From the NCBI GenBank assembly GCA_965248435.1, contig OZ252100.1, forward strand, positions 5,440,001-5,504,000: a stretch of 64,000 nucleotides of DNA, written 5' to 3'. Position numbers and translations under genes: made by a program. Shown in pieces: positions 12,937 through 24,069 of the stretch (positions are counted from its first letter, which is position 1; every line of letters begins with the position of its first letter). Source of the stretch: Candidatus Latescibacterota bacterium (GTDB lineage: Bacteria > Latescibacterota > UBA2968 > GCA-2709665). The notes below the pieces were generated by a model. It saw nothing but the letters and a program-made list of their open reading frames with translations. It searched no databases and was not told the DNA's origin.

Positions 12937-13767
12937 ATGGCAATCAAATCCTTCCGGCCAACGACGCCAACGCTTCGTTATAAGACCGTTTCCTCTTTTG
13001 AGGAGATCACCAAAACTAGCCCTGAAAAGGGGCTCGTTGAATTCAAGAAGAAGACCGGTGGTCGAAATAACCTGGGTCGCATTACGGCCAGGCGGCGTGG
13101 TGGGGGACATCGGAAGCGTCATCGGAAGATAGACTTTAGAAGGGAAAAACTTGGCATTCCTGCAAAGGTGCACGCGATTGAATACGACCCCAATCGATCT
13201 GCGCGGATCGCGCTGCTGCATTATGTCGATGGGGAAAAACGATACATCCTCGCTCCTGCCGAGCTTCGTGTCGGCGATCGTGTTTCGTCGGGGCCATCTT
13301 CCGATATTCGACCGGGAAATTCGCTTCCCTTGGAGAACATCCCCCTGGGCACAACCGTTCACAATGTCGAATTAAGGCCGGGTAAGGGGGGCCAGATCGG
13401 GCGGTCGGCGGGAAGCGCGATTCAGATCATGGCCAAGGAAGGAAAGTTCGCACAACTTCGGCTCCCATCCGGAGAAATGCGGCTTGTCCCAATCGTGTGC
13501 TACGCCACGGTCGGCCAGGTGGGTAACCCGGATCATGAAAATGTCGTATTGGGTAAGGCGGGGCGCTCCCGGTGGCTCGGGCGGAGGCCTTCCGTTCGGG
13601 GTGTGGCCATGAACCCTATCGATCACCCTCATGGTGGTGGAGAGGGGAAAAGCTCAGGCGGCGGGCATCCGCGTACGCCATGGGGAAAACCCACGAAGGG
13701 CTATAAAACGCGGAAACACAAAAAGTTATCAGATCGATACATCGTCCGAAGACGCAAGAAAGGTTAA
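12937..13767 (+). CDS. rplB: 50S ribosomal protein L2
   Basis: [29 protein letters not shown]. Confidence 0.99.
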   Translation: MAIKSFRPTTPTLRYKTVSSFEEITKTSPEKGLVEFKKKTGGRNNLGRITARRRGGGHRKRHRKIDFRREKLGIPAKVHAIEYDPNRSARIALLHYVDGEKRYILAPAELRVGDRVSSGPSSDIRPGNSLPLENIPLGTTVHNVELRPGKGGQIGRSAGSAIQIMAKEGKFAQLRLPSGEMRLVPIVCYATVGQVGNPDHENVVLGKAGRSRWLGRRPSVRGVAMNPIDHPHGGGEGKSSGGGHPRTPWGKPTKGYKTRKHKKLSDRYIVRRRKKG

Positions 13768-13768
13768 C

Positions 13769-14056
13769 ATGGGTCGCTCGCTCAAGAAGGGTCCGTACGT
13801 GGACCCCAAACTGCTGGAGAAGATTGAGCAGATGAACAAGACGGGAAACAAGAGAGTGATTCAAACGTGGAGTAGGAGGTGCACGATCTCTCCCGAATTT
13901 GTTGGACACACTCTGGCCGTTCATAATGGAAATAAATTCATCCCGGTTTACATCACGGAAAACATGGTCGGACATAAGCTCGGCGAATTTGCGCCGACCA
14001 GAACATTCAGAGGCCACAGCGGGGCAGTAACGGAGCGGTCTACAACTCTGAAATAA
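13769..14056 (+). CDS. rpsS: 30S ribosomal protein S19
   Basis: [23 protein letters not shown]. Confidence 0.98.
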   Translation: MGRSLKKGPYVDPKLLEKIEQMNKTGNKRVIQTWSRRCTISPEFVGHTLAVHNGNKFIPVYITENMVGHKLGEFAPTRTFRGHSGAVTERSTTLK

Positions 14057-14073
14057 GAGAGTGGGCGGTATCG

Positions 14074-14415
14074 GTGGAAGCAAAGGCAATAGCACGCTAT
14101 GTGAAAATCTCGCCGCGTAAGGCCGGACAGGCGGCCGATTTGATACGGGGGAAGGCAGTTGAAGAAGCCTTCAACATCCTTCATTTCACCCAGAAAAAGG
14201 CCGCACGGTTGGTTGAGCGCACACTGCGATCCGCAGTGGCAAATGCAATCAACCGTGAAGAAGTTTCCGTGAACGAAGAAGATCTTTTTGTCAAGGAGGT
14301 CTACGTGAACGGAGCGATCGCATACAAGCGCCTGCGGCCTATGCCGAGGGGCGCTGCAGGGCAAATCCGAAAACGGTGTAGCCATATTACGCTCATCGTT
14401 TCAGACGTAAATTAG
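14074..14415 (+). CDS. rplV: 50S ribosomal protein L22
   Basis: ISPRK, SAVANA, KRCSHIT. Confidence 0.98.
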   Translation: MEAKAIARYVKISPRKAGQAADLIRGKAVEEAFNILHFTQKKAARLVERTLRSAVANAINREEVSVNEEDLFVKEVYVNGAIAYKRLRPMPRGAAGQIRKRCSHITLIVSDVN

Positions 14416-14427
14416 ACGGAGGCTACC

Positions 14428-15078
14428 TTGGGCCAAAAGACACATCCTGTCGGGTTTAGATTGGGAATCGTGAAAGACTGGAGTTCTAGGTGGTTCGCGG
14501 GCCGTGATTTTCCAGAACTGCTACAGGAAGATCTCATGTTGAGGTGCTATATCAAAAGCAGGCTGCAACGCGCGAGCGTAGCAGCAGTAGATATCGAGAG
14601 GGCCCCGAAGCGAGTAACGATTTCAATCCACACTGCACGGCCCGGGATTGTCATTGGACGCAAGGGCGCCGAAGTTGACAAACTTCGCGACGAATTGAAG
14701 CATATAACGGGGAAAGAAATCTACATAAACATCCAGGAAATCAAGCGTGCGGAGCTCACGGCACAACTCGTTGCAGACAACATTGCGCGCCAACTTGAGC
14801 AGCGCGTATCCTTCCGCAGAGCTATGAAAAAGGCAGTCGCCTCTTCTATGAGAATGGGTGCCGAGGGAATTAAGGTTGTTTGTGCAGGCCGCTTGGGCGG
14901 AGCTGAAATGTCACGAACCGAGAAATCGGAACCTGCAGGAAGGGTGCCACTTCACACTCTGCGGGCCGATATCGACTACGCCAGGTCTACGGCTTTTACG
15001 ACCTCTGGAACTATCGGGGTGAAGGTCTGGATTTGCAACGGAGAGATTGTTGATGCGGGAGAGCCTGTCCAGAACTAG
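14428..15078 (+). CDS. rpsC: 30S ribosomal protein S3
   Basis: [35 protein letters not shown]. Confidence 0.99.
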   Translation: MGQKTHPVGFRLGIVKDWSSRWFAGRDFPELLQEDLMLRCYIKSRLQRASVAAVDIERAPKRVTISIHTARPGIVIGRKGAEVDKLRDELKHITGKEIYINIQEIKRAELTAQLVADNIARQLEQRVSFRRAMKKAVASSMRMGAEGIKVVCAGRLGGAEMSRTEKSEPAGRVPLHTLRADIDYARSTAFTTSGTIGVKVWICNGEIVDAGEPVQN

Positions 15079-15105
15079 GTTTGAGCACTATGGGTGGCAG
15101 CCGAT

Positions 15106-15525
15106 ATGTTGATGCCCAAACGGATTAAATGGCGAAAGCAGCAAAGGGGGCGAATGCGAGGAACCCCTTTGAGGGGCTCCAGAGTGGCCTTTGGGGAGTT
15201 TGGGTTACAGGCCCTCGCACCTGCCTGGATCACTAGTCGCCAGATAGAAGCAGCAAGAATCGCGATTACACGTTCTTTGGGGAGGAGCGGAAAGGTCTGG
15301 ATTCGGGTCTTTCCAGATAAGCCGGTTACGGTCAAACCAGCCGAGACCCGAATGGGCAAAGGCAAGGGAAACCCTGAATTCTGGGTCGTCGTCGTGAAAC
15401 CGGGACGGATTCTATTCGAGATAGAGGGGGTCTTGCAGGACGCCGCCCGCGAGGCGATGCGCCTGGCTGGCCACAAATTGCCGATTAAGACCCGATTTGT
15501 GGAACGAAGAAGCGAGATCGAATGA
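15106..15525 (+). CDS. rplP: 50S ribosomal protein L16
   Basis: MLMPKR, RMGKGKG. Confidence 0.98.
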   Translation: MLMPKRIKWRKQQRGRMRGTPLRGSRVAFGEFGLQALAPAWITSRQIEAARIAITRSLGRSGKVWIRVFPDKPVTVKPAETRMGKGKGNPEFWVVVVKPGRILFEIEGVLQDAAREAMRLAGHKLPIKTRFVERRSEIE

Positions 15526-15773
15526 AACCATCAGAAATCCGTCAAATGAGCTACGGGGAAGTGAAGCAACTCCTCAATGATAAGGAAGAGGAGCTTTCTC
15601 ATCTTCGATTGCAGTTGGCAACTCGGCAACTTGATAATCCGCTGACGGTCAACCACGCACGTCGAGATGTGGCACGAATCACGACGGTTTTGCACGAGCA
15701 CGATCTCGGCATTCGAGCCCTGGCCGGGGGCAGTGAAGCGGATACGGGGGCTGAAGAGTCGAAGGAGGGTTGA
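15522..15773 (+). CDS. rpmC: 50S ribosomal protein L29 (acidic C-terminal tail)
   Basis: RRDVARITT and position between rplP and rpsQ. Confidence 0.95.
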   Translation: MKPSEIRQMSYGEVKQLLNDKEEELSHLRLQLATRQLDNPLTVNHARRDVARITTVLHEHDLGIRALAGGSEADTGAEESKEG

Positions 15774-15778
15774 TCTTT

Positions 15779-16045
15779 ATGGCTCAGAGTCAAAAGCCTG
15801 GGCAACGTAAGACCTTTACTGGAAGGGTGGTAGGTGATCGTTCGAACAAGACGATTGTCGTAGAAGTGTTGCGCCGCGTCCCCCATAGACTCTACGGGAA
15901 GGTGATTTCCCGTCGGTCCAAGTTTTCTGCACACGACGAAGAGAACAGCGCCAAACAGGGAGATCAGGTGTTGATTGCAGAGACGCGTCCGTTGAGCAAG
16001 AGTAAGCGTTGGCGACTCGTTGAAGTGGTGAAGAGGGCACAGTAG
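15779..16045 (+). CDS. rpsQ: 30S ribosomal protein S17
   Basis: [17 protein letters not shown]. Confidence 0.97.
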   Translation: MAQSQKPGQRKTFTGRVVGDRSNKTIVVEVLRRVPHRLYGKVISRRSKFSAHDEENSAKQGDQVLIAETRPLSKSKRWRLVEVVKRAQ

Positions 16046-16057
16046 GCAGGAAACGTA

Positions 16058-16426
16058 ATGGTCAGAGAATACACAGTCCTAAACTGCGCAGATAACAGCG
16101 GCGCCCGAAAGGTTATGTGCTTCAGGGTGCTTGGTGGCACCAGGAGGAGATACGCCGGGCTGGGAGATACGATCGTGGTTTCAGTAAAGGATGCACAGCC
16201 GAACAGTGGTGTCAAGAAGGGGGAGGTTGCGCGCGCCGTAGTCGTCCGAACAAAGAAGGAAGTTCGTCGTATGGACGGGTCTTACATCCGGTTTGATGAC
16301 AATGCCGTTGTGCTGATCGGGACTGAAGGGGAGCCGCGGGGAACGCGAATCTTTGGCCCTGTCGCCAGGGAGCTACGCGAAAAGCGTCATATGCGCATCG
16401 TTTCTCTTGCTGCTGAGGTCGTTTAA
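16058..16426 (+). CDS. rplN: 50S ribosomal protein L14
   Basis: [25 protein letters not shown]. Confidence 0.99.
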   Translation: MVREYTVLNCADNSGARKVMCFRVLGGTRRRYAGLGDTIVVSVKDAQPNSGVKKGEVARAVVVRTKKEVRRMDGSYIRFDDNAVVLIGTEGEPRGTRIFGPVARELREKRHMRIVSLAAEVV

Positions 16427-16436
16427 GGATGCGACG

Positions 16437-16763
16437 ATGAAGACGCGGATTCGTAAAGATGATCTCGTTGAAGTCATTAGTGGTGTGGACAAGGGGCGGC
16501 GAGGTAGGGTCCTGAAAGTGTTTCCGAAAGACGACCGTGCGCTGGTGGAGGGGGCCAACTTTATTAAGCGGCATACAAAACCGAGCCAAAAGAATCAGCA
16601 GGGAGGTATTATTGAGAAAGAAGCACCCATGTACCTCTCCAAGCTGATGCTCGTTGACCCCCAAACAGAAGAGAGAACGCGTGTAAGGTATCAACAGCTG
16701 GAAGACGGCTCTCGCATACGAATTGCCGTGAAGAGCGGAGACCAGATTCCTGATCAAAGTTGA
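16437..16763 (+). CDS. rplX: 50S ribosomal protein L24
   Basis: KOW motif [21 protein letters not shown]. Confidence 0.97.
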   Translation: MKTRIRKDDLVEVISGVDKGRRGRVLKVFPKDDRALVEGANFIKRHTKPSQKNQQGGIIEKEAPMYLSKLMLVDPQTEERTRVRYQQLEDGSRIRIAVKSGDQIPDQS

Positions 16764-16773
16764 GGAGAGAGAT

Positions 16774-17331
16774 GTGTCAACGCGATTAAAAGAGATGTAT
16801 GTGAAGGACATCACAGAGTCTATGATTAAGAGGTTCGGATACAAGAACAGGATGCAGGTGCCAAGACCGAAAAAGATCGTCTTGAACATGGGCATTGGAC
16901 AGGCCATTCAAAACCCCAAGGCGATGGACGGTGCTGTCTCAGACCTTTCCAAGATCACGGGCCAGCGACCATCTATTCGTCGAGCTAAGAAATCTGTTTC
17001 AAATTTCAAGCTTAGATCAGGCATGCCAATCGGTTGCATGGTGACCCTTAGACAGGACCGGATGTTTGAATTTCTCGATCGATTTCTAACCGTGGCCATT
17101 CCCAGAATTCGGGATTTTCGAGGTCTTTCACCCGACTCATTCGACGGACGTGGTAACTATTCTGTTGGAATCCAGGAGCAGATTATCTTTCCTGAAATCG
17201 ATTATGATGCGATTGACGAGGTTCGCGGACTTGATGTTACTATCGTAACAAGCGCCAAAACCGATGAAGAGGCGTTTGAACTCCTCAAGGGATTCGGAAT
17301 GCCCTTTCGGACTGTCGAGGCAGCAGCCTAA
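16774..17331 (+). CDS. rplE: 50S ribosomal protein L5
   Basis: [20 protein letters not shown]. Confidence 0.99.
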   Translation: MSTRLKEMYVKDITESMIKRFGYKNRMQVPRPKKIVLNMGIGQAIQNPKAMDGAVSDLSKITGQRPSIRRAKKSVSNFKLRSGMPIGCMVTLRQDRMFEFLDRFLTVAIPRIRDFRGLSPDSFDGRGNYSVGIQEQIIFPEIDYDAIDEVRGLDVTIVTSAKTDEEAFELLKGFGMPFRTVEAAA

Positions 17332-17346
17332 AGATCTGGAGTCGAT

Positions 17347-17532
17347 GTGGCGAAAAAATCACTGTTAGCCAAGGCTCAGCGGAATCCTAAGTTTAAGGTG
17401 CGCAAGTATAACAGGTGTAAACGTTGCGGTCGACCTCGGGCGTACCTGCGTCGCTTTGGGTTGTGTCGAATCTGTTTCAGAGAACTGGCGCTGGCGGGAG
17501 AAGTGCCTGGCGTGACAAAAGCGAGTTGGTAG
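17347..17532 (+). CDS. rpsN: 30S ribosomal protein S14, short Zn-binding (C+) type
   Basis: 61 aa; RCKRCGRPR...LCRICFRE. Confidence 0.98.
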   Translation: MAKKSLLAKAQRNPKFKVRKYNRCKRCGRPRAYLRRFGLCRICFRELALAGEVPGVTKASW

Positions 17533-17540
17533 GAGGTAGA

Positions 17541-17939
17541 TTGGGCAAAACAGATCCAATTGCAGACATGCTGACCCGAATTCGAAATGGTACGAGGGCC
17601 GGCCATCGGAAGGTAGATGTTCCGAGTTCCAAGATGAAACAAGAAATCGCCCGAATTCTAAGGGACAGAGGATTTGTCCACAACTTTGCCTACGTGGATG
17701 ACGACAGGCAGGGTTATCTGCGAATCTATCTTAAATACAATATGGAAGAGGAATGTGCCATCCAGGGGTTGAAGCGAGAAAGCCGGCCTGGGTTGCGGAA
17801 ATATGTCGGAAAGGGCAAAATCCCTAGAGTCCTGAACGGATTAGGGGTCGCAGTCGTATCCACATCTAGGGGAGTCATGGGCGGTGAAGAAGCCAGGAGG
17901 GCGGGCGTCGGGGGAGAGTTCATCTGCAGCATTTGGTAG
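17541..17939 (+). CDS. rpsH: 30S ribosomal protein S8
   Basis: [20 protein letters not shown]; TTG after SD AGGAGG. Confidence 0.97.
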   Translation: MGKTDPIADMLTRIRNGTRAGHRKVDVPSSKMKQEIARILRDRGFVHNFAYVDDDRQGYLRIYLKYNMEEECAIQGLKRESRPGLRKYVGKGKIPRVLNGLGVAVVSTSRGVMGGEEARRAGVGGEFICSIW

Positions 17940-17957
17940 TAGATTTGGAGATACTTC

Positions 17958-18524
17958 GTGTCTCGAATTGGAAAGCAGCCTGTATCCTTACCTGAAGGTG
18001 TTGACATTACCCTTAGTGATGGGCACGTGACGGTCAAAGGGCCGAACGGAGAATTGGGGGTAACGGTACACTCGACGGCCGAAATTCGGCAAGAAGGAAA
18101 CACACTCCATGTGGCGTCAAAACGCCCGGACGATCGGAAAGCCAGGGCGATTTGGGGTCTGACGCGCGCCCTGCTGGCCAACGCGGTGGAGGGCGTCAGC
18201 AAAGGGTTCGAAAAGAGGCTGGTTGTCGTAGGCATCGGATATCGTGCGGATGTGAAGGCCGAGAATCTCGAACTTCAGGTCGGATACAGCCACCCTGTTC
18301 TGGTCAAACCCGAAGCCGGCATTAATTTTAGCGTCGACGCGGCTCCGTCGAACCTGGAGGGCGCGCAGGCATCAATAATCGTGAGCGGGGCCGACAAAGA
18401 ACTTGTGGGCAGGGTTGCAGCCAATCTTCGAAAGGTTCGTCCGCCCGAACCCTACAAGGGAAAAGGCATAAGATACGACGGCGAATTCGTCCGACGAAAG
18501 GTTGGAAAAGCTTCAGTAACTTAA
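17958..18524 (+). CDS. rplF: 50S ribosomal protein L6
   Basis: [19 protein letters not shown]. Confidence 0.99.
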   Translation: MSRIGKQPVSLPEGVDITLSDGHVTVKGPNGELGVTVHSTAEIRQEGNTLHVASKRPDDRKARAIWGLTRALLANAVEGVSKGFEKRLVVVGIGYRADVKAENLELQVGYSHPVLVKPEAGINFSVDAAPSNLEGAQASIIVSGADKELVGRVAANLRKVRPPEPYKGKGIRYDGEFVRRKVGKASVT

Positions 18525-18540
18525 CGGGGCAGGACGGCAG

Positions 18541-18921
18541 ATGCGAGTCACAGGGTATAAGAACAAAAATGCTTGGCTACTCAGACGCCGACACTTGCGA
18601 ATTCGAAAGAAGATTGGCGGGACAGCCGATCGACCTCGTCTAGCCGTTTCCCGCAGCCTCAGGCACATCCAAGCACAACTCATAGATGACACGACGGGAA
18701 AGAGTTTCTTGGGATTATCGAGCTATTCTAAAGAGGTCCGCGAAAAGCTCGCATCGATAAAGGGAAAATGCGAAAAGAGTCGGGAAGTGGGTCGGTTGCT
18801 TGCCGCGAAGGCCCGTGAGGAGGGTATCACAAATGTTGTATTCGATCGCGGCGGATTTATCTACCACGGACGTGTAAAGGCTTTGGCCGAGGGCGCGAGA
18901 GAGGCTGGGTTGAAATTCTGA
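18541..18921 (+). CDS. rplR: 50S ribosomal protein L18
   Basis: [25 protein letters not shown]. Confidence 0.98.
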   Translation: MRVTGYKNKNAWLLRRRHLRIRKKIGGTADRPRLAVSRSLRHIQAQLIDDTTGKSFLGLSSYSKEVREKLASIKGKCEKSREVGRLLAAKAREEGITNVVFDRGGFIYHGRVKALAEGAREAGLKF

Positions 18922-18936
18922 TAACTTGGAGGGACT

Positions 18937-19440
18937 TTGGCTAGAATTGACCCCGCGGGTCTGGATCTGACAGAGGTCGTAATCAACAATGCCCTAAAGC
19001 GAGTCTCGCACGTACGGAAGGGTGGGCGCCGCTTTGCGTTCAATGCGATGGTCGTTGTCGGCAACAAACAAGGGTGTGTCGGGGCCGGGATGGGAAAGGC
19101 AGGCGAAATCTCTGAGGCCATTCGAAAGGCTACCGAGAATGCAAAGAAGAACCTGGTGCGGGTGCCGATTCAAAATGGCACGATTCCCCATCAAGTGATG
19201 GGGCACTTTGGCGCAGCAAAGGTTCTATTGAAGCCTGCTGCCCCTGGGACCGGTGTTATTGCGGGTGGGGGTATCCGCGCCGTGCTGGAGCTGGCAGGCG
19301 TGCAAAACATTTTGACCAAGTCCCTTGGTTCACAGAACTCACACAATACCATCAAGGCAACGTTGGTTGGGCTCCAGGGGCTACGGGACGCAAAAGGGTT
19401 CGCAAAACTGCGGAATGTGGATGTAACCGAATTGAGGTAA
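18937..19440 (+). CDS. rpsE: 30S ribosomal protein S5
   Basis: [18 protein letters not shown]. Confidence 0.98.
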   Translation: MARIDPAGLDLTEVVINNALKRVSHVRKGGRRFAFNAMVVVGNKQGCVGAGMGKAGEISEAIRKATENAKKNLVRVPIQNGTIPHQVMGHFGAAKVLLKPAAPGTGVIAGGGIRAVLELAGVQNILTKSLGSQNSHNTIKATLVGLQGLRDAKGFAKLRNVDVTELR

Positions 19441-19446
19441 TGGTGC

Positions 19447-19638
19447 GTGGAAAAGAATGAGAAGACCCTGCGGATTACACAAGTCCGAAGCACTATCAAT
19501 CGGTTGGAAAAACAGCGTAGGACCCTCAGGGCACTGGGAATTCTTCGGATGCATCACACGGTTGAGCATCGGGAGACGCCGCAAATTCGAGGGATGTTGA
19601 ACAAGGTGTCTCATTTGGTTGTCGTGGAAGAGGTGTGA
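19447..19638 (+). CDS. rpmD: 50S ribosomal protein L30
   Basis: ITQVRS, TLRALG, IRGMLNKVSHL. Confidence 0.97.
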   Translation: MEKNEKTLRITQVRSTINRLEKQRRTLRALGILRMHHTVEHRETPQIRGMLNKVSHLVVVEEV

Positions 19639-20096
19639 TGAAACTTTCAGAGATCAAGGCTCCAAAAGGGGCGAGGCGGAAACGGAAACGGGTGGGATGC
19701 GGCCAAGGTTCTGGACACGGGAAGACGAGCTGCAGAGGGCACAAAGGCCAAAAGTCGCGCTCCGGTTCGAAGTCTAGAGCGTGGTTTGAGGGCGGTCAAA
19801 TGCCTCTGCAAAGGCGTCTACCAAAGGTAGGGTTCAACAATCGCTTCAGGACGGTTTATCAAATTGTCAATCTGGAAGATTTGGCCCGAGTGTCGGGCGA
19901 GATAACGCCGAAAACTTTAAAGGATGCGGGCCTCATTGGATCTTCGAAGGAGCTCGTCAAGATTCTTGGCAAGGGGGAAGTTTCTGAGGCTTTGAACGTC
20001 AGGGTCCATGCCATATCTGCGTCAGCGGCGGAAAAGATCTCCAAAGTTGGCGGAAAGGTAGAGATCGTGTCCAAAGGTGCCTCGAAGAAAGACTAG
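19638..20096 (+). CDS. rplO: 50S ribosomal protein L15
   Basis: GHKGQKSRSG, FEGGQMPLQRRLPK. Confidence 0.98.
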   Translation: MKLSEIKAPKGARRKRKRVGCGQGSGHGKTSCRGHKGQKSRSGSKSRAWFEGGQMPLQRRLPKVGFNNRFRTVYQIVNLEDLARVSGEITPKTLKDAGLIGSSKELVKILGKGEVSEALNVRVHAISASAAEKISKVGGKVEIVSKGASKKD

Positions 20097-20098
20097 AA

Positions 20099-21442
20099 AT
20101 GCCGCTTCTCAAAAGCTTTCAGAGCGCCTTTAAGATACCGGAGTTGCGCGGGAAGATCATTTTTACGTTGGCTGTCCTCTCTGTTTATAGGCTTGGGGGG
20201 CAGATACCCATTCCTGGAATCGACCGGATCGCGCTGCGGGAGTATTTCAGGGGAGCGGATCTCGGACCTCTTGGTCTTTATGACATGTTTGTGGGTGGGG
20301 CCTTTACGCGGGCGACTGTTTTTTCCCTCGGGATCATGCCCTATATCAGTGCCTCGATCATTCTGCAACTTCTTGGGGCCGTTGTTCCTTTTCTACAGAA
20401 GCTTCAAAAGGAGGGAGAAGAAGGCAGGAAGAAGATCACCCAGTATACTCGCTATGGGACGGTAGGCCTTGCCGCAGCTCAGGCTTTCGGGGTTTCATTC
20501 TTCCTGGAAAGCATCCAGGTGCCTCCTACGATGATGTCTGCTGTGCTTGATCCTGGGTGGGGATTTCGGCTGCTCACGGTGCTTACGATCACGGCTGGCA
20601 CCATATTCATCATGTGGTTGGGTGAACAGATTGATGCGCGCGGAATTGGAAATGGGATGTCTATGCTCATTTTCATCGGGATCGTCGCTCGTCTGCCCTG
20701 GGCGGTTGGCCAGGAGTATCGAGATTTCGTAACCAACGATAAGGGCATTCTTCTTGAGCTGTTCGTTATTGTAATCATTTGCGCAGTAACCGCACTTGTC
20801 GTCTTGATCACACAGGGCACTCGGAAGATCCCGGTTCAGTATGCCAAGCGGGTAGTCGGCCGGCGGGTCTACGGGGGGCAAAGTACCCACATCCCACTGA
20901 AGGTGAATACATCCGGGGTCATGCCTTTGATATTCGCTCAAGCCATTATGTTCTTGCCAAGTATGGCCGCGGGGCTCGTTCCGAACAGTGAGTTTATGCA
21001 GGAAGTCGCCGCTGGATTTTCGCCTACGAGTTCTCTACAGTCCCTTCCATATTGGACGCTTTACAGTCTGATGATCATCTTTTTTTCCTATTTTTATACA
21101 GCCATCGTCTTTAATCCAGTGGATCTGGCTGACAACATGAAACGTCACGGTGGGTTCATTCCCGGGATACGTCCCGGAAAACGGACGGCTACCTTCATCG
21201 ACCAGATTCTGACGCGAATCACTCTTCCGGGTTCGATCTTCTTAGCGGCCATCGCAGTATTTCCTTTCTTTGTAGTCGACTATCTGGGCGTACACCCAGG
21301 TTTGAACGATTTCTTCGGTGGGACGGGTCTCTTGATCATCGTGGGCGTCGCCCTCGATACGTTGCAGAGAGTTGAATCGCACCTATTGATGCGACACTAC
21401 GACGGTTTTATGAAAAAGGGTAGGCTTCGAGGGCGCAGGTAG
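20099..21442 (+). CDS. secY: Preprotein translocase SecY
   Basis: LGIMPYISASII, GIGNG, FIPGIRPG, GGTGLLI. Confidence 0.99.
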   Translation: MPLLKSFQSAFKIPELRGKIIFTLAVLSVYRLGGQIPIPGIDRIALREYFRGADLGPLGLYDMFVGGAFTRATVFSLGIMPYISASIILQLLGAVVPFLQKLQKEGEEGRKKITQYTRYGTVGLAAAQAFGVSFFLESIQVPPTMMSAVLDPGWGFRLLTVLTITAGTIFIMWLGEQIDARGIGNGMSMLIFIGIVARLPWAVGQEYRDFVTNDKGILLELFVIVIICAVTALVVLITQGTRKIPVQYAKRVVGRRVYGGQSTHIPLKVNTSGVMPLIFAQAIMFLPSMAAGLVPNSEFMQEVAAGFSPTSSLQSLPYWTLYSLMIIFFSYFYTAIVFNPVDLADNMKRHGGFIPGIRPGKRTATFIDQILTRITLPGSIFLAAIAVFPFFVVDYLGVHPGLNDFFGGTGLLIIVGVALDTLQRVESHLLMRHYDGFMKKGRLRGRR

Positions 21443-21463
21443 TGTGAATATGAGGGTGAAAAC

Positions 21464-21580
21464 ATGAAAGTTCAGTCATCGGTCAAACGACGCTGCCCTA
21501 GTTGCAAGGTTATCCGCAGGAAAGGTGTCGTGCGGGTAATATGCAAAACCAATCCACGCCACAAACAGCGACAGGGGTAA
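21464..21580 (+). CDS. rpmJ: 50S ribosomal protein L36, Zn-ribbon type (not in ORF track)
   Basis: Hand translation [38 protein letters not shown]. Confidence 0.98.
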   Translation: MKVQSSVKRRCPSCKVIRRKGVVRVICKTNPRHKQRQG

Positions 21581-21584
21581 TGCT

Positions 21585-21959
21585 ATGGCTCGCATTGCTG
21601 GGATAGATATACCACGAGAAAAGCGCGTAGAGGTTGCGCTGACCTACATTTTTGGCATCGGCTTTAGCGGTGCTCGGAAGATTCTCGAGAAGACGCAGAT
21701 TTCGCCCAGCACGCGCGTTGACGCGTTGACTGAGGAAGATGTGACCAAGCTCAGAAGTGTTATCGAATCTGAGTTTAAGGTCGAAGGTAACCTCAGAAGC
21801 GAAGTGGCGATGAATATCAAGCGTCTTATGGATGTCGGGTGCTACCGGGGTCTTCGATGGCGCCGCGGATTGCCCGTTCGAGGGCAGCGCACCCGAACCA
21901 ATGCAAGGACGCGCAAAGGCCCAAAACGTGGTCAAGTTAGCCGAAAGAAGAAGGTCTGA
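21585..21959 (+). CDS. rpsM: 30S ribosomal protein S13
   Basis: [24 protein letters not shown]. Confidence 0.99.
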   Translation: MARIAGIDIPREKRVEVALTYIFGIGFSGARKILEKTQISPSTRVDALTEEDVTKLRSVIESEFKVEGNLRSEVAMNIKRLMDVGCYRGLRWRRGLPVRGQRTRTNARTRKGPKRGQVSRKKKV

Positions 21960-21987
21960 ACCTTCACCTTGATTGAGGAGGGATAGT

Positions 21988-22377
21988 GTGCCGTCCGAGA
22001 AGAAGAGAGGAAGAAAACGGAATAAGAAGGTTGATTCCTTAGGGATCGCCCATATCAAGGCAAGCTTTAACAATACGATCATCACACTCACTGACCGGGA
22101 AGGTGGCGTCATCTCCTGGGCTTCGACTGGGAAGGTGGGCTTTAAGGGTTCCAAGAAGAGCACACCTTATGCGGCCCAGCTGGCTGGCGAGGCTGCGGCG
22201 AAGGAGGCGATGGCGATGGGGCTTAGACGAGTGGAGGTTTGGGTCAAGGGGCCTGGCGTCGGGAGGGAGGCAGCCGTTCGTTCCCTCCAGGGAGCGGGGC
22301 TAGAGATTTCCGCCATTCGTGATGTTACTCCAATTCCACACAACGGGTGCCGGCCGCCCAAAAGGCGGCGGGTCTAG
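21988..22377 (+). CDS. rpsK: 30S ribosomal protein S11
   Basis: [26 protein letters not shown]; GTG after SD GAGGAGG. Confidence 0.97.
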   Translation: MPSEKKRGRKRNKKVDSLGIAHIKASFNNTIITLTDREGGVISWASTGKVGFKGSKKSTPYAAQLAGEAAAKEAMAMGLRRVEVWVKGPGVGREAAVRSLQGAGLEISAIRDVTPIPHNGCRPPKRRRV

Positions 22378-22391
22378 GGGGTATCCTAGTA

Positions 22392-23021
22392 ATGGCGAGA
22401 TACACGGAGGCGAATTGTAAACTTTGTCGTCGAGAGGGCATGAAGCTGTTTCTCAAGGGAGAGCGATGCTATCTGGAGAAGTGTGCATTTGAGCGACGCA
22501 GCTATGCTCCGGGAATGCACGGGCAGCGACCCAGTCGAAAGCCTTCTGAATACAATCTGCAGTTGCGTGAGAAGCAAAAGGCCAAGCGACAATACGGCGT
22601 TCTAGAGAGCCAGTTTCGAAGCTACTATTCCAAGGCTGCCAAACGCAAGGGTGTAACTGGCGAGCTGCTTTTGCAGGTTCTTGAATGTAGGTTGGACAAT
22701 GTCGTCTTCAGGATGGGGTTCGCTCCCTCGCGCAAAGCGGCAAGGCAGCTGGTCCGACATAGACACATAACGGTCAACAACAGAATCGTCAATGTACCTT
22801 CTTTTCAGGTGGATCCTGGCGACACGGTTCAGATTAGGGAGAAGAGCCGTCAGTTGCAAATGATTCACGATTCTCTGAAGCGTGTTGGAGAGGGGCCACA
22901 TTCATCTTGGGTCTCCCTGGATAAGGTTAATTTGAGCGGTACCCTTCTTGAACGCCCAGAGCGGGAAGAAATCCCTACTGTGGTAGAAGAGCAACTCATT
23001 GTCGAGCTCTATTCCAAGTAG
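22392..23021 (+). CDS. rpsD: 30S ribosomal protein S4 (four N-terminal Cys)
   Basis: CKLCRREG..RC..EKC, LECRLDNVV, IVELYSK. Confidence 0.98.
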   Translation: MARYTEANCKLCRREGMKLFLKGERCYLEKCAFERRSYAPGMHGQRPSRKPSEYNLQLREKQKAKRQYGVLESQFRSYYSKAAKRKGVTGELLLQVLECRLDNVVFRMGFAPSRKAARQLVRHRHITVNNRIVNVPSFQVDPGDTVQIREKSRQLQMIHDSLKRVGEGPHSSWVSLDKVNLSGTLLERPEREEIPTVVEEQLIVELYSK

Positions 23022-23049
23022 GCAATCGATGGGTTGAGGAGAGTCTTGA

Positions 23050-24066
23050 ATGAAACCTAAGAATTTTCAGATGCCTCGTTCTGTCCAGATCGACGAAGAA
23101 CGGCTTCGCGATACCTACGGCCTGTTTACAGTCCAACCCTTGGAAAGAGGGTTTGGGACGACTATAGGAAATAGTCTGCGGCGAGTGTTGCTCGCGTCAA
23201 TTGAGGGTGCGGCGATTAAGGCGATACGCATAGAGGGTGTGCAACATGAGTTTTCGGTGATTGAAGGTGTTGTGGAAGACGTAGCCGAAATCGTTCTGAA
23301 TCTTAAGGAAGTTTGCATCCGGATGCATTCTGATGAGGAGAAAATCCTGAGAATTACCATGCAGGGCCCCGGAAATCTAAAAGCCTCGGACTTGAGTGTG
23401 GACCCATCTATTGAGATCATGAATCCCGATCAACACATCGCAACTCTCGGGAAGGATAGTGCCACCGACATCGAGGTCACCGTCGGGAAGGGAAGAGGTT
23501 ACGTCTTGGCGGAGGAGAATAAAACAGCAGAGCAACCCATGGGAACGATTCCAATGGACTCTGCGTACTCACCCGTCAGAAAAGTACACTACGACGTTGA
23601 AAAGGCCCGAGTAGGCCAACAGATAGACTACGATAAACTTACCCTCGAGGTTTGGACAAACGGCGTTGTGCGTCCAGATGACGCTGTATCGCACGCAGCA
23701 AAGATCTTAAAGGACCATCTTGAGCTGTTCATTAGTTTTGAAGAAGAGCCTGAGGAGGAACCTGAAGAGGTTGTAGATGAGGAGGCCCAGAGAATTGCGA
23801 ACCTTCTAAAGATGCCTGTAGAAGAACTGGAATTGTCCGTTCGGTCTGCGAATTGCTTGAAGGCCGCGGACATCCTGGCGCTTGAAGACTTGGTTCGGAA
23901 ATCCGAAGCCGAAATGCTCAAGTTTAGAAATTTTGGCCGGAAGTCCCTTAACGAATTGACCGCAATCTTGGAAGGCGTGGGGCTCTCGTTTGGAATGGAC
24001 ATTTCGAGGTTCAAAGATTTGGCCGCAAAGGCGGAACACATGACCGTGCTTGAGGAGGAATTCTAA
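23050..24066 (+). CDS. rpoA: RNA polymerase alpha subunit
   Basis: PLERGFGTTIGNSLRRVLL, LELSVRSANCL, RNFGRKSL. Confidence 0.99.
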   Translation: MKPKNFQMPRSVQIDEERLRDTYGLFTVQPLERGFGTTIGNSLRRVLLASIEGAAIKAIRIEGVQHEFSVIEGVVEDVAEIVLNLKEVCIRMHSDEEKILRITMQGPGNLKASDLSVDPSIEIMNPDQHIATLGKDSATDIEVTVGKGRGYVLAEENKTAEQPMGTIPMDSAYSPVRKVHYDVEKARVGQQIDYDKLTLEVWTNGVVRPDDAVSHAAKILKDHLELFISFEEEPEEEPEEVVDEEAQRIANLLKMPVEELELSVRSANCLKAADILALEDLVRKSEAEMLKFRNFGRKSLNELTAILEGVGLSFGMDISRFKDLAAKAEHMTVLEEEF

Positions 24067-24069
24067 GAG

